DNA from: Octopus vulgaris
Lineage: Eukaryota
Direction: 5' to 3'
Assembly: GCA_951406725.2 (NCBI GenBank)
Contig: OX597819.1
Location: 108,562,001 to 108,626,000 of the forward strand
DNA length: 64,000 nt
The position numbers and the translations under genes were made by a program. Of the stretch, positions 14,301-28,900 are shown piece by piece. The number at the start of each line of letters is the position of its first letter. Position 1 is the stretch's first letter. The notes under the pieces were generated by a model. It saw only the letters and a list, made by a program, of their open reading frames with translations. It searched no databases and had not been told where the DNA came from.

Positions 14301-14557
14301 TGGCGTGTGTGTGTGTGTAGAGAGAGAGAGTTTATTCTCCCAGATATGTATATTTATTTGTTTATTCCAAAGTCCTGCACAGTTTCACACAGCTTTGTCA
14401 TATTCTCTATCCACGATGGAGATGAGTAGCAATGTCCCATGTGACAGTCTTGATTGTTGCTGAGAATTCTCAGCATGAAACCAATCATATCCTTGTTAAC
14501 CCACAAATAAAGTATATCATCATCATCACTTAGCATCCACCTTCCATGCTGAAATGA

Positions 14558-14596
<39 letters not shown>

Positions 14597-14599
<3 letters not shown>

Positions 14600-15430
14600 T
14601 CATCATCATTTAACGTCCGCTTTCCATGCTAGCATGGGTTGGACGGTTCAACTGGGGTGTGGGGAGCCCGAAAGCTGCACCAGTCCAGTCAGATCTGGCA
14701 GTGTTTCTACAGCTGGATGCCCTTCCTAACGCCAACCACTCCAAGAGTGTAGTGGGTGATTTTATGTGCCACCGACACAGGTGCCAGACGAGGCTGGCAA
14801 ACGGCCACGCTCGGATGGTGTTTTTTTATGTGCCACCGACACAGGTGCCAGACGAGGCTGGCAGACGGCCACGCTCGGATGGTGTTTTTATGTGCCACCG
14901 ACAAAGGTGCCAGATGAGGCTGGCAAATGGCCACGATCGGATGGTGTTTGTTACGTGCCCACAGCACGGAGGCCAGTCGATGCGGTACTGGCTACGGCCA
15001 CGTTCGGATGGTTTTCTTGTGTGCCACGTGCCACCGGCACTGGTACCACAAAGATACAAATTCCATTGATGTTCATCTATTTTGATTTGTTTTGATTTTC
15101 ACTTGCCTCAACAGGTCTTCACAAGTGTCACAAGAAGGAAGGTAAGCACAGGTGGACTGACTACGTCCCAGGTAAGGGCCACGGGTTATGGCCTGACTAG
15201 TCTTGCCGGGTCTTCGGATGGTGTTTTTATGTGCCACCGACATAGGTGCCAGATGAGGCTGGCGAACGGCCACGATCGGATGGTGTTAGTTACGTGCCCA
15301 CAGCACGGAGGCCATTCGATGCGGTACTGGCTACGGCCACGTTCGGATGGTTTTCTTGTGTGCCACCGGCACTGGTACCACAAAGATACAAATTCCATTA
15401 ATGTTCATCTATTTTGATTTGTTTTGATTT
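14597..15430 (-). mobile_element. RTE 3'-end-derived repeat with expanded internal ~58-bp units and a ~220-bp segment duplication
   Basis: Repeated TTTTATGTGCCACCGACACAGGTGCCAGACGAGGCTGGCAAACGGCCACGCTCGGATGGTG units; 14875-15098 is duplicated at 15214-15430. Confidence 0.85.
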
Positions 15431-15687
15431 GATTTTATTTTATATATATATATATATAAACAACTGTCCCTGTTCTAAATCAATTTCCTCCTCAAGACAT
15501 CCCCACCAACTATCATCTTTCTAACTACAGTATTCTGCTGCTGTAATTAAATGTGAGCAGGACTGAATATTTCACCATTTTCCCTTGATACCACTTATCC
15601 ATCTTACTACCTGGAATCCATTCACTTGTTATCCATTGTTAATACTATTCCCTTTATCTATTTCTTACATTGATCACCTTCAACCAC

Positions 15688-15887
<200 letters not shown>

Positions 15888-18148
15888 ATCCTTCCTGTGT
15901 CTACTGTACTATTACTATATATTGCTGCACTTCACTGTAGGCCTACTGGATCAAGACTGACTGGGTTTTAAACAACATGAAGGTCATCTGGCGAAAGTTA
16001 CTAGAGATAGACTAGCAGTCTATCCAAAGAGAAAATAATCTCTTATCCACTTTAATGTGATAGCTGAGTGGATCAGCCATTCAATAACTGATCCTTGTTT
16101 TGGAAGTTTATATCTACACATTCTTTCATTAATGTTTCTGTGCAGAATCCAATTCTACATTATCCCTGTTCATCTTTGTCTCATGAATAATTACCCAGTG
16201 ATCAAATAATATTTCTAGAAATAGATGTTGTATTCTATCCAGGGTATGATTTTGCTCTGATCAACTTCATACCATCAGACTTGAACTGATGAGTTAGCAA
16301 GTTCATAGAGACTGATGTACTCTGGATTTTCTAAAGCATCAAAATGTAGTGATGGATTCAGACACCATTTAAAATGTTGTTACCTATTATACAGTTAACC
16401 CTGAAACAGGCAACACTGAAACAAGTTTACTTAGCTGATAGATTGAACAGGGTTGTTTCATGACATACAGTATTGAACAGTGTTTTCTCAGTAATTTCTG
16501 CAACTAATTGCCACAGTCACTCAATCAATATAAGAAGTACCACCAATTTGTGCAACTACATTATGTTGTGTCTCCTAAGACAAGAATGTTATCCAATTAA
16601 ACAGCCTGACCAAAGCAGAGTGTACTGTCTGAAGAAACACAACACAATGGCTAAAACTGCAAAGTGATGGTACATATTATACAGCTAGGTAGACTGTAAT
16701 GAAGTGAAATGTTTAAGAAGACAACACAATGGCTGTAACAGAAAATGATAGTAATTATTACACAGCAAGAGAAATCAAGAAAGCCAGGATATCAAAACCA
16801 CACACTGTGTATCTCCTCAAAACAGAAACAAAATTGTGTTAGACAGTTAGACTCACAGATAGACAAGGAGTTTGATGGAGACAAACAGGAAGAAGATCCA
16901 AAATAAATAATATTGAGTAGACATGTCTGTCAGAGAGGAAATAGGAAAAGCCAAGGTGGAATTGGTTAGGTTTCGGTCAGCAATGGTCAAGATTGAAAAT
17001 AGATAACAGGAAGAACTGGTGGAGGAAATTACAAACCATCTAAATGCTATTCTGGTTACTGAATGGCAGCCAAACAATTTTAGAAATGGTCTACCATCAT
17101 CCTCATCATCATTCATGGATGTAACGATGTTTGTTAGAGTTAGGTGTGGGGAGGATCAGATAAATGTATGTGTCTTTATTAAGTGTGGTTTTATATGCCT
17201 AAGAATGTGTAAGTTTTGTATATATCTTACTTGTGTATGTGCATGCATGTGTGTGTGTATGTGCATGCACATGCACACTGTGTGAGGGGAAGAAGTTTGC
17301 TTAGGAATCACTTGATTTCAGATTCAATCCCACTGTACATTACTTTGGATAAGTGCTTTCTACCATAGCGTCAAGTTGTCCAACACCTTGTGAGTGGAAT
17401 TTGGTAGACAGTAACTATGCAGAACCTTGTCGTCTGTGTGTGTGTGTGTAGGTATATATCTACCTGCCTGTTTTTCTTTCTTTCTCTCTTGTCTATACAA
17501 ACATTAGTGACAAACCAGTGCTATTCAGATGAAGTTCTTTGCAAAGGCAAATTCTTTTACACTAAGTTTAGAGGTGCTCATTATTACTTTTACAGTAAAA
17601 ATGCATTGTATCAGTGATTGGTAGTTGGATAACTGTAACCAACAGTACTGCTATTTGCAAATCACAATATAAAATGCAATACATATGGTGTGTGTGTATG
17701 TATGATTATAACAATGCAAGTTGGAAAGGGAAGGTTTCCTTCTGATAGTAAGATACCCTTGACCAAATGGGGTCAAGATAGTAGATGGATCAAAGATCAT
17801 TACCTAACACACAAGTGGCTTACAGTCAACACCATCAACTGGTAGCAGTTACAGGCACTTCTAGGAAATAGGCTTACCTAAAATTAGAAACAAAATTATA
17901 TCGCAGATTAGGAAAAGTAATTTACTGTCCTGCTAAAAAAATTAGCAGTTTTGACATGTCTCTTTAATTTCACTCCCGTTTATTTTTTTCTTAAAAAAAA
18001 AACGCTGTCCAAAACATGAGATTTTCCACTTCTCTCAGCAAGTTCACTGTGCTTTTTTGTTGATTTTACTAAATAATACATGTCTTGCTGATGCAAACCA
18101 ACACCTGCCACTTTGGACTCTGTTTGATCTTGTGTGTATATGTAGACA

Positions 18149-18790
18149 TACAGGGTGCAGTGAATAAACTGTCGTCTAAGTTATGCAAAAATGAAAATAA
18201 CACTGGCATCTCATTTTAACAGATATATTTATCAAAATTACATAAAAATATCTTGAAATACTAAAGAGTAAATTTATTCAATGAAATCGCCATTGGCTTC
18301 AACCACGGCCTTCAGACAGCTTCGGAATCTCCTGCAACTCTTCTGGATGATCTCCTTGTTTAAGTTGGTGAATGCTGCCATAATCCTTGCCTTCAGTTCA
18401 TCTTTGGTGTTACAAGGAGTTTTGTTGGTCTCTTGCTCAAATGCACCCCACACATAATAATCAAGGGGTTTACAGTCTATGGAATTAGGTGGCCAGATGT
18501 TAGGAGTGATGCAATCACGGAAATTGTCTGAGAGTCATGACTGGGTTCTCTTGCTTGTGTGGCATGGTGCAGAGCCCAGTTGCCAGACACAGGGTCTTCC
18601 AACAGCTACCCTCTTGACCCAGGGCAGCACTACCTCCTCCAAGTATTTGATGTAGGCCTCCTTGTTAAATCTGAGGCCATATGGGAAGATGGAGGCATAA
18701 TGTCACCATCACTAGTGATCACTCCAAACACCATGATGTTGACTGTATGTTTGATTTTTATCACTCTCAGTACATGTCCTCAGATTGACA
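18149..18790 (-). mobile_element. Degenerate Tc1/mariner DD37D (maT-type) transposon, 3' half
   Basis: Minus-strand translation gives VNIMVFGVITSDG..(frameshift)..YIKYLEEVVLPWV..WQLGSAPCHTSKRTQS*LSDNF..WPPNSIDCKPLDYYVWG..KAVVEANGDFIE*. There are 37 residues between the (mutated) second Asp position and the third Asp. One terminus TA|CAGGGTG at 18149. Confidence 0.85.
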
Positions 18791-20089
18791 TCCAAACTCT
18801 CTGAAATGTTTGTACTGTATATATGTAAATAAATTTATTTTAAACAATTACAAGTTTTTCAAATTTAGGTGCATTTTCAACAACAAATTTGCCTATATTT
18901 TTTCCTGCGTGGAGATACACCCCCACTTTTGTTATATATATATATGAAGTGTATTTATCTTATTATTACCTGATGTATCCAGTGGCTGTGAGTTCAAATC
19001 CTACTTTTTTATATAGCTATTGTGCAGTGGTTGTGATGGAGTGGTAGTGGGGTTAACCAGTTGGTTAGTAATGAGAATGATGGTGATGTTTGTTTGTTTG
19101 GTTGGTTGGTTGGTTGGTATAAGTAGGTTAATAGTTTCTTGTAGCAGTGGTGACAGCAGTTGGAAATAATGCAGAGGATGACGCTTGTGGTGACAGTGGA
19201 ATAACATTGATGATGTGATGATGATGATTTATTTTTTTGTGTTGGGGGACATTTGATGAAAATGATGAAGCATCTATCAAATATCGATCCAAGATTTATG
19301 ATATATTCTCTGTTTATCAACAATAAAACAATAATGTGGGATTAACTATGTAGCAGATATACTTTGTTTCATTATTAATACAATCATCTGAGATTACTTA
19401 CCTACACACACACACACACTCTCTCTCTCAAGCACACACACACACACACACACACACAATGAAGAAAAAAGAAATAGAAAATTACAAGTAGCTGTTTGTT
19501 TTTTCTGTTCTTTACTTTTCTAGATTCATTTGTGTTCATTTTACTCAATCCGCTATTTTTTTTACCCATCATCACCAGTAACATCCCTTCTGCTAAGAGC
19601 ATTGACAAATCCATCAACACTTTTTATCAACCCACCCACCACCATCACTGGTGCTAACAACACTCCACCATCAGTAACTACCCCATCACCACTACTAAGA
19701 ACTCTTCCTCCACAACTAGTAACAACAACTCCTTAGCCATTACTATTAACAACTCTTCCTTCACTACCACAACTGAACAACCACTCTGCTACCATTAACA
19801 GCTTCCCCTCCACCATCACTAACAATTCTTCTTTTCATTGTTAGTAATAACTCCCTTCTCCACTCCCACTTACAAACCAGCTCCACCACTATGAATCTAC
19901 TTGAAATCAAACCTAAATATAAAGAAGCAAAGACACTGGATAATATAGAGCTAAATATTTCTAAAATGACAGGATGGTCATCGCTTGGATGTTTGAAATT
20001 AGGTCTGCTTAATCAGAGCTTATCTAGGATTAAGCTTTGTATGCCTACTCCACCTCTGCTGTCACTGATACACACCCAGAAGAATTAAT

Positions 20090-20230
20090 ATTGCTGTCTC
20101 TTGCCTGTGAGGAATTTGGTTGAGGATCCTTTCCCTTTTACCTCTTGCACACAGCACACATCCACTCATCAATCCAACATTTCATTGTGCCTGTGTTTGT
20201 GGATACTACCATAAAGCTTTAGAACCTACA
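20090..20230 (-). mobile_element. RTE-type AP-endonuclease fragment
   Basis: Minus strand reads VDVCCVQEVKGKGSSTKFLTGKRQQY, the D...QE motif of APE endonucleases. Confidence 0.55.
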
Positions 20231-21954
20231 TGAAGAGTGGATGTACCTTTAATGGGAAGGCTGTTTAGTTGTTGATCCATTACTGTTTGATAAGGTCTAT
20301 ACCTGTGAGGAATAAGAAAAGCTCTGCTGTCGTTTGCTCACATTTCATATTCATCATTCCACCCCAACACCTATCTTTTCCATCACCATACATCTCTCAC
20401 TCTCTCCTTGCACTATGCCTGCCTCTCTTTCCTCCCATATTCATGCAACCTACCTAACCACGTATCATAGCTCTCTCTCATCCTTACCCTGTTTACTAAT
20501 TCAAACATTACTATTCTGCTACTCTTCACCTTGATGCATCACTGGTATATCCCCTACCACCCCTTATTCACCATTTGTATTTCCACTCCTCATCACCACC
20601 TAATATCTACAGTTGTCACCTACTTTTCCCTACCTTCCCTACTTATCATCCTTCAACACTTGCTCTTCATTCACTATACCCATTTCCATCACCCATTCTC
20701 TATCTCTCACTTTTCCATACACTCTTTCAAACTCTACCTACACTCTTGGTACTTTTGTCGCCACTCACATCCACTCACCTCATACATTGAGAATCCACCC
20801 AGACAACTCATTTCCATTGTTTATACCTCATTCCAGCTCCACTCTAATCACCCTCACTCTGTCTTCTCAAATGTGAGTGGTCATGTAGCTCTTCTACTGC
20901 AAAAAATCAGTTCTACTCTAGCCTCTTCTCTCATACTTGAACCCCTTGTCTCCTAGCATAACGTCACCTCTCTTGAGAAAACAGCCTGTATATGTGTAAA
21001 GTGGTTGGCATTACGATGGGTATCCAGCCATTGAAACTAAAGTAGACATGGGAGCATGATATAATCCTTGAACACAGATCCTCTCTAACCATCCAACCCA
21101 TTCTAGCATTGAATATGAACATTAACTGGTGATGATGTTTATATGTAAACTAGCAGCACATAAAATATGCATAATTCATGCTGCTATAAACCCACACTTG
21201 ATACATTATAAAGTGATGGGTGAGCAACCAGAGACATAGGTCTGAAAGAACCTTTCATCTTGTTAAGGACATGGTAATGTCTGTAGTGCTGGTACCATGA
21301 TGAAATGCACCCGTGTGAAATGATTGATGTTAGAAAGGGCATCAAGCCACAGAAACTAAGTCAAAAATGAAACTGAAAAATTATCCCGTCAAGGATAGCA
21401 GTAGCTCTGAATAAGAATTCATGTGTGTACCATGATAACCTGTCCAACTGATGCCAGCATGAAAAGTGGATGCATATACATGGATGGCACATAAAAAGCA
21501 CCATCCGATTGTGACCGTTGCCAGCCTCGTCTGGCCCCCGTGCTGGTGGCACGTAAAAAGCACCAGCCGATCATGGCCATTTGCCAGCCTCGTATGGCAC
21601 CTGTGCCGGTGGCACATAAAAAGCACCCGCTACACTCACGGAGTGGTTGGCGTTAGGAAGGGCATCCAGCTGTAGAAACACTGCCAAGTCAGACTGGGCC
21701 TGGCGCAGCCTTCTGGCTTCCCAGACCCCAGTTGAACCGTCCAGCCCATGCTAACATGGAAAGCGGACGTTAAACGATGATGATGATGATAGGCACAACC
21801 ATGTTTGTAGGGTTAAGACTTTCTCTTCAGAAAGCTTCTGAAGTCCAATTACTGGGAAAAAAAAAACTGAAGGAATTTGTGTGTATTCATATACATGTCT
21901 ATCTTTGTTTTTCTCTCTCTCCTCTGCTTTAAATATATATATATATATTGTGTA

Positions 21955-21987
<33 letters not shown>

Positions 21988-23914
21988 TTCAGTCAGTGTT
22001 CATATAATTATCTGTAAAATACTCATGCAAACAAAATGTGTAGTTATGTAGTACTTGTAAATTTATGCTTTAGCATACTGTTTCATTTGTCTAGTCATGT
22101 TTGTGTTTTTTTTTTGTGTGTGTGTCTTGAGAATGTATCAATTGTGCTTTGTGGTGTGCAACTGCATATTTAAGTATCTATACCTGTGTGCGTAACTAAT
22201 ATTGTAGCAGTATGTGTGTGTGCATGCAGAAATATGAGACATGACTGTCGGCAGTCATGAAAATTGACTGCAGTCATAAAAAACAAATATCATCTGCACC
22301 ACATCAACTGCATCATATCATCAATTACACCACATTAAATACAGCAGAAATTTGCATTAAAAAATATGACAACAATTACAAAAATTGCACTAGTAAAGAT
22401 GTACCAACAACAACTACCGTATGGTGGAAGGGTGTTGGAAGAGAAATGTTGAGTCATTCAGTTTAGGAATTTTTTTACAGTTAAGTAATGAAAAGGAAAG
22501 AGAAAAGCAACTAGTAAAGAGTTTGTAAAATGAAAGAAACAATGAAGTTACATCCAGTATTGTAGTTGCATCATAAAGGGGTATGAATGCTACATCATCT
22601 TATTTTTTTACACTATTCTCTGTAATTGAGGTGATGACAAGTATCTTTTGAAATCTATATGACACTGGTGGTAGTAGTTGCAAAAGTAGCAGTAATAGTG
22701 GATGGGTAGTTGGGGGGTTTTGTAGTTAGTGGTAAGGTGAGCACTTTGGGGATGGTGTTGAGTGCCACAGTGGAAGTGATGGTTATAGTTTTCTTCTTAG
22801 TGATGATGATGCTGGGTGCCTTGTGATGGTTGTGGTAGTGAGGACCCTAATAATGTTGATGAATACCCCAGTAATGGTGGTGAGAATTTACCATTGAGAT
22901 ATTCAGTTCATGCTTTATCAACATGTCAGGCTCTGACAACAGACAATCCATCTATTTGTGTTGGTTATTCATCTATGATCCCCACCTGTACACATTGATG
23001 CTACACTTTTGCAAATTTCTTTTAAGGATGTCTTTGAACCACTTGCACTGTCATCTTTGCATGCACTTCCTTTCATCCAAAATGAATTAAACAGTTTTTG
23101 GACATCTCATTTTCCTACATTCCCACAACATGACCAAATTATAAATTTGATGTTGCGTAATCATAGTTTCATTGCAGAAGATATCGGTTTACTGCATCAT
23201 GCTAACAAGCTTCCAGAGGATGTGCATGATTTTTCTCTTGTGTCCAGGTTTCAGAGCTATGCAAGAGAATAGTTACAACAGGCGTAAACATTGACAGTTA
23301 ATCTTAAACTCTTCTGTTATGGGCTGATGAACTATAATAAACATTAGGGGAATGAGTTCTGAGTACTGAAGGACTCTGACTTGTTCTTTGAATCTGTTGC
23401 TGAACTCAGTGCTGATTCTCACTTCTCTGACCATGCCAACTCTTGTCTTCCTGACAGACTAATATTATCAATGACTAATGTTAATGACTTTCTGACAAGT
23501 ATAGGAAATAACTCAAGGCATGTTTTGGTATTATTCTGGCAACATCAGTGCAATAGAAACTTCACCATACTTGCCAAATTAGCACTGGAAAAATCATTTA
23601 GTAAACTCACAAATTTTGTAAATACATTTTCTGGATTTATTATTATTATTATTATTAATAATAACAACAATAACAACAACAACAAACAACAACAATAATA
23701 ATGCAGAGAGCTGGCAGAATCATTAGCATGCTGGGCAAAATGCTAAATGGCATTTCGTCTGTCTTTACATTCTGAGTTTAAATTCTCCTGAGTCAGCTTT
23801 GCTTTTCGTCCTTCCTAGGTTGATAAAATAAGTACCATTTGAGCACTGGGGTTGATGTAATTGACTAGTTCCTCTCCCCCAAGAATTTCAGGCCTTCTGC
23901 CTATAGTAGAAAGG

Positions 23915-23945
<31 letters not shown>

Positions 23946-24096
23946 GTGGTGGTGGCAGTGGCGGCGGTTGTTGTTGTTACTGTATCAGCAATAGTAGTAA
24001 CACTATCAATGTATTGGTAACTGGAGTTTCTAATAATAATGATAGTAATTTCTAATTTAGTCACAAGGCCAGTAGCTTTGAGAAGATGGAGCTAGC

Positions 24097-24511
24097 TGTT
24101 GTGGCGAGAGTCATTGACACCCCTGTGGGATTGAAAGAATGGACTGGCTGAACTCTTATAAAAAATAGCTTATTGGTTGAGACAAGAGAGAAGTCATAGG
24201 AGACATTGAGAGTTTGTATTTATTGGAGTATTTTGAAGTGCATTGTGTGAAGACAGTTGTGTCTATCTCCACTTCATGAAATCTGTATATCCAACATATA
24301 GAAGGATATAAAAGTGGTGACGAGGGTATCCACTTACAAAAGTGGCGACGAGGATATTCAAAGCTTACATCGGATGTTAACATTTTCTTTTAATACATAA
24401 TCAAAGAAAAATTAGTTAACATAGAAGACCTATTAGCGTCCGTGGTGCAGTTGCAACAGCAAGAGCAACAACAGCAATTACGAACAATGGTCTCCAAGAG
24501 TAGCCACAGCA
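24097..24511 (+). mobile_element. LTR-type insertion (TG..CA) with 5-bp target-site duplication, inserted in a SINE
   Basis: Starts TGTTGTGGC and ends GCCACAGCA (9-bp terminal inverted repeat, 1 mismatch). Flanked by CTAGC at 24092-24096 and 24512-24516. SINE sequence resumes on both sides. Confidence 0.75.
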
Positions 24512-25586
24512 CTAGCCAATTACATTGACCGCAGTATGTAAGTGATACTCTATTTTATTGACCTCTGATAGGATAAAAGGCAAAGTTGACCTTGGTGGAA
24601 CTTAACTAAAGAACATAAAGTGTTGGAAGAACTACTGCCTTAAATATTTCTAATTTAGGCACATCATATTTCACCAATGTTTTTTTTTTAACATCCACTT
24701 TTCCTTGCTTGCATGTGTCAGAAGGAATTCACTGATGCTGATTTTCTGTGGCTAGATGCCCATCTTGTTACCAATCCTGACTTCTTTTTCCATGGTTAGA
24801 CATGTTTTCAGCAGACTGGAAACAACCAACACCCCTTCTATGGTGATACCACTCATTTGAAACCATTGTAGGATGTCATGACAAGAAGACTCAAACACGC
24901 ACACTCACATATGCATGCACACCTACCCACACACACTCACGCACACACACACTCACACTCACATGTACATACAATGGTTTTCTTTCAGTTTCTGTTCACC
25001 AAATCCACTCACAAGGATTGGGTGGGCCTGGGGCTATAGTAAAAGCACTTGTCCGAAGTGTGACACAGTGAAACTGAACTCAAAACTACTTAGTTGGGAA
25101 ACAAACCTCTTAACTATGCAATAATGCTTGTGCATTGATTAAATCACTCTCAGCACTTCATTTGTACTTATTTTATTGACTCCAAAAGGATGAAAGGCTA
25201 AGTTGACCTCATCCTGATTTGAACTCAGAAAGTAAAGATCCAGAATAGATTCCACAAAGCATTTTATCATATGCTCTAATGATTCTGTCAATCTACCAAG
25301 CATTTTTCTTTTTTCTCTCTACATACCTAAGCACAAGCATGGCTATGATGTTAAGAACTTGCTTCCCAACCACATGGTCTTGGATTCAGTCCTACTGTGT
25401 TGTACCTTGGGCAAGTGTTTGCTACAAAGTTCCAGGCCAACCAAGGCCTTGTGAATGGATTTAGTAGACAGAAACTGAAAGAAACCTGTTTTATATATAT
25501 GGAGTGATTGTAATGTAAATACATCTAGAGTGATTGTAATGTCTTTAGCTGAGTGCCATTCATTTTTTTTTTAGGGTTGCAGTGAT

Positions 25587-25915
25587 GTTAGTTAGTTAGT
25601 TAATTTTTGGGCTCAAAAAGCAAAAAGCAAGGCCATGTAGGGGGACATGGAGTTATGTACAGGGTGGTGTTCATGTAAAGAGTTCAGGCCACTTGAGGTC
25701 AAGGGAGACTTTGAACCGAGCGGTCGTCGGCATCTTCACCATCTCGTCTGGCAGCTTATTCCACGGATCCGCAACCCAGACAGAGAAAGCCCTTCTCCTT
25801 CGATTGAGATGAAATTGTCGCAGATAGAGCTTTTCGGAATGACCCCGCAGCCGACACTCTGGAGCAGGAGTGAAGAACAGCTCTTTTGAGAGGTTACACT
25901 TTCCGCTTATGATGT
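25587..25915 (-). mobile_element. CR1-type LINE 3' fragment, copy 2 (329 bp)
   Basis: Encodes RLRGHSEKLYLRQFHLNRRRRAFSVWVADPWNKLPDEMVKMPTTARFKVSLD; (AACT)n tail; about 16 differences from copy 1 by manual count. Confidence 0.85.
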
Positions 25916-28900
25916 CTCTCTCTGGTATAAGTAGTGCTTGAGATTTTGATGTTAAAGTTGTTGTTTTTTTTGGCATGAGTAGTGTTAATAATAATAATAA
26001 TAATAAAAGCCCTGTTGCAGTACCAGGCACTAGCTCTCGTGGCTTCTGATCTGAATTGACTAGAAGTGTTACCATGTGCATTGTTTTGTCTTGGCATAAA
26101 AGATGGGTTACAGCAAATATTCTGCTCAATGCCACAGATTTTCTTGTCTGTTGTCTGACCATAACCAGTTGAGCATGTCCCTTAGTGGCTGATGATATGT
26201 GCATCTCTGATCACATGCAAAAGTAGTAGGGGAGCATCATCACCATGTATTGAGAGGAATTCTTTGGAGTTTGAATAATTCACCTCTGGAGACATGGGTG
26301 TTTCGTTCAACATCCTTAAACAACCCCTATTCATGGACCATTTGAATGAGATGAGCTACTCAACCTGAAGAAAACTCTGAGCCCCACCTGCAAGGTGATA
26401 CATGTGCCTGGTGTACCCTTATCAGATGGGTAGTCACAATAGGTATATTGGGCTTCGTATATTTTACCCTAGTGTCACTCTGATGGCATGCACTGCTCTC
26501 TCACTCAATAATAATAATAATAATAATCCTTTCTACTATAGGAACGAAGCCTGAAATTTTGAGCGGAAGGAGTAGTCAATTACATCAAACCCAGTACTTG
26601 ACTAGTACTTTATTTTATCAACCCTGAAATGACGAAAGGCAAAGTCAACCTCAGCATGATTTGAACTCAGAAAGTAAAGAGCCTAAACAAATAACGCAAA
26701 GCATTTTGTCTTATATTCTATATATTGTCTTATCAATCATTGCATTATTTATAATAATGAAGGAGGAGGAAGAAGAAGAAGTGTTTCTTGTTTTCACTAC
26801 TATTAAACTTATTTTGAAAAGGAGAGCAAAACTATTCTCCACCCACCCATCCACCTATACCAAATAAAGTATTACAAAGAAGATAAAAGACATCAGGTTG
26901 ATGTGAAATACCAGACTTTCTGTTTTTCATCAATGCTGCATCTACTAAATGATGCTACAACTGCAATCATGCTGCCTTTATGATAATAAAACAGAAAAAA
27001 TCTGAGGGAGTGGGAGGGAATCAAAGTGGAACATCAAAAAAATTTAAAACCTCTTTGATTAATAAAATCTTTTATTTCAACAATTTTTTAAATATGAAAC
27101 AAGAAGCAGGAAGAAAAATAAAAAGCAGGTTTTTCTCTCTTACAGCTTTGGAAAACAAATTTTATGGGGTTTTATATATGTATATGTATATCCTCATTTA
27201 ATTTCCTTTTGAAAATATTTCTTTTTAAAGAAATATAAAATAAATAAATGAATTAAATTAATGTAAAGGAGAGATTGTAGATTTGATAACATTCTGTTCT
27301 CTCTTTTTTCCTGTTTCTCTTTCTCTCTGTCTCTCTCTTCTTCTCTCCCTCTGTCTCTCTCTCCTTCTCTCCCTCTGTCTCTCTCTTCTGTTTTCTTTAC
27401 AAAGCATCCTTGAGATAATTCAGGTTTCTTGCATATGTTACAAAGTATTATAATTATTAGTATTACTAGAGTAGTGAATGAGTAGAATTGGTAGAGAGCC
27501 AGATAAATTTTCTTGCGATATTTAATTTCGTAGCATGCATTTTGAGTTCAACTCTTGCCAACATCCATTTTATCTTTCATGCAATCAGGGATGCTAAAAT
27601 AAATCACCATCATGTACTGGTGTTGCTTTGATTGACTGTACTCTTCTCATAAAATTTCTGGGCCCTCTGCTTTTCTTAACAAACATTATTCTTATTTTAT
27701 TGTGTCTGGGGAGAGTCATTCTCTTTTAGTGCCTTATTACTTAGCATACTCACCAGTTTGTTATCATTATGATTATTATCATCATCATCATCATCATTAT
27801 TATTAGAGCAGTAGGTAGGAGAAATGGTACAGCACCAAATGAATTGTCTTCTAGTATTTAGTTATCAAATTCTGCTGGGACACACCAGTCAAGTACTGGT
27901 ATCAGTTTGACTGACCTCACCCCTCTCCACACAGAAAAAAATAATGATAATAAATTGTGTAATCTTGTGTCTAAGTTAAAAATGTGTGATCTTGTTTATA
28001 AGTTAAAAATGTATTCTTATTATTTAAGGCAGAGCTTACTGCAGGCAGTGATGCTCCCACATAGCCTCAGCTGTGACAGCCAAAAAGCAAAAGTGAAGAT
28101 TATGGGTTTAACAATCTAATTTGCCATTTCTTTAACCTGTTTTCTGTTGTATCTTTATCTGATGATTAGTACATGCTTCTTTGGTTCAGTGGATAAGTGT
28201 ATTATACTACATTTATCTAGAAATAAAGCTTTGTGGTTCGAATTTAGTCCAGTATCATGTACATATTAAGAAGTTCACTTTGCAACCGCATGGTTTCAGA
28301 TTCAGTAGTACTGCATGACACCTTGGACATATGTCTGCCTGTGTTTGTTCCCCAACCCTGCTTGACAACAGTGGTTTGGCAAAATAGACCGATAAATAAA
28401 CATGGGTCAATTTGTTCAACTAAAACCCTTCAAGGCAGTACTCCAGCATGGCCACAGTCCTGTGGCTGAAACAAGTAAAAGATAAAAGATATCCAGAAAT
28501 AAGAACTCTCATGATGATCAAAGGTCAAATTGACCAAAGCATAGAGTAGATATAAATATCAAAAACTGCCTCATTGCATCTATTTTTCTATGCTGGCATG
28601 GCTTTGGATGGTTTTTCAGAGGCAATTTCCCTTTCATCATAAACCATTTTAAATGCCTCTTACAAACCCGTCTTAAATTGGTGAGATTAATTGGGCTAAA
28701 CTTTTACCATGTTAATGTCTGTAAGCAAAGGAAGTATAATAGAATTTGGTAAACAAAGGAAGTATAATAGAATTGGGCAGCAAAAATTTGGTCTAAATAC
28801 TAAGCATTCCAAAGATCAGATTTTAATGTTAAACTGGATGGTGCACTGATCCTACTTCATGAAAGTATAATGTATGAGGCCCAATGGCAGCTTCTGGTGA

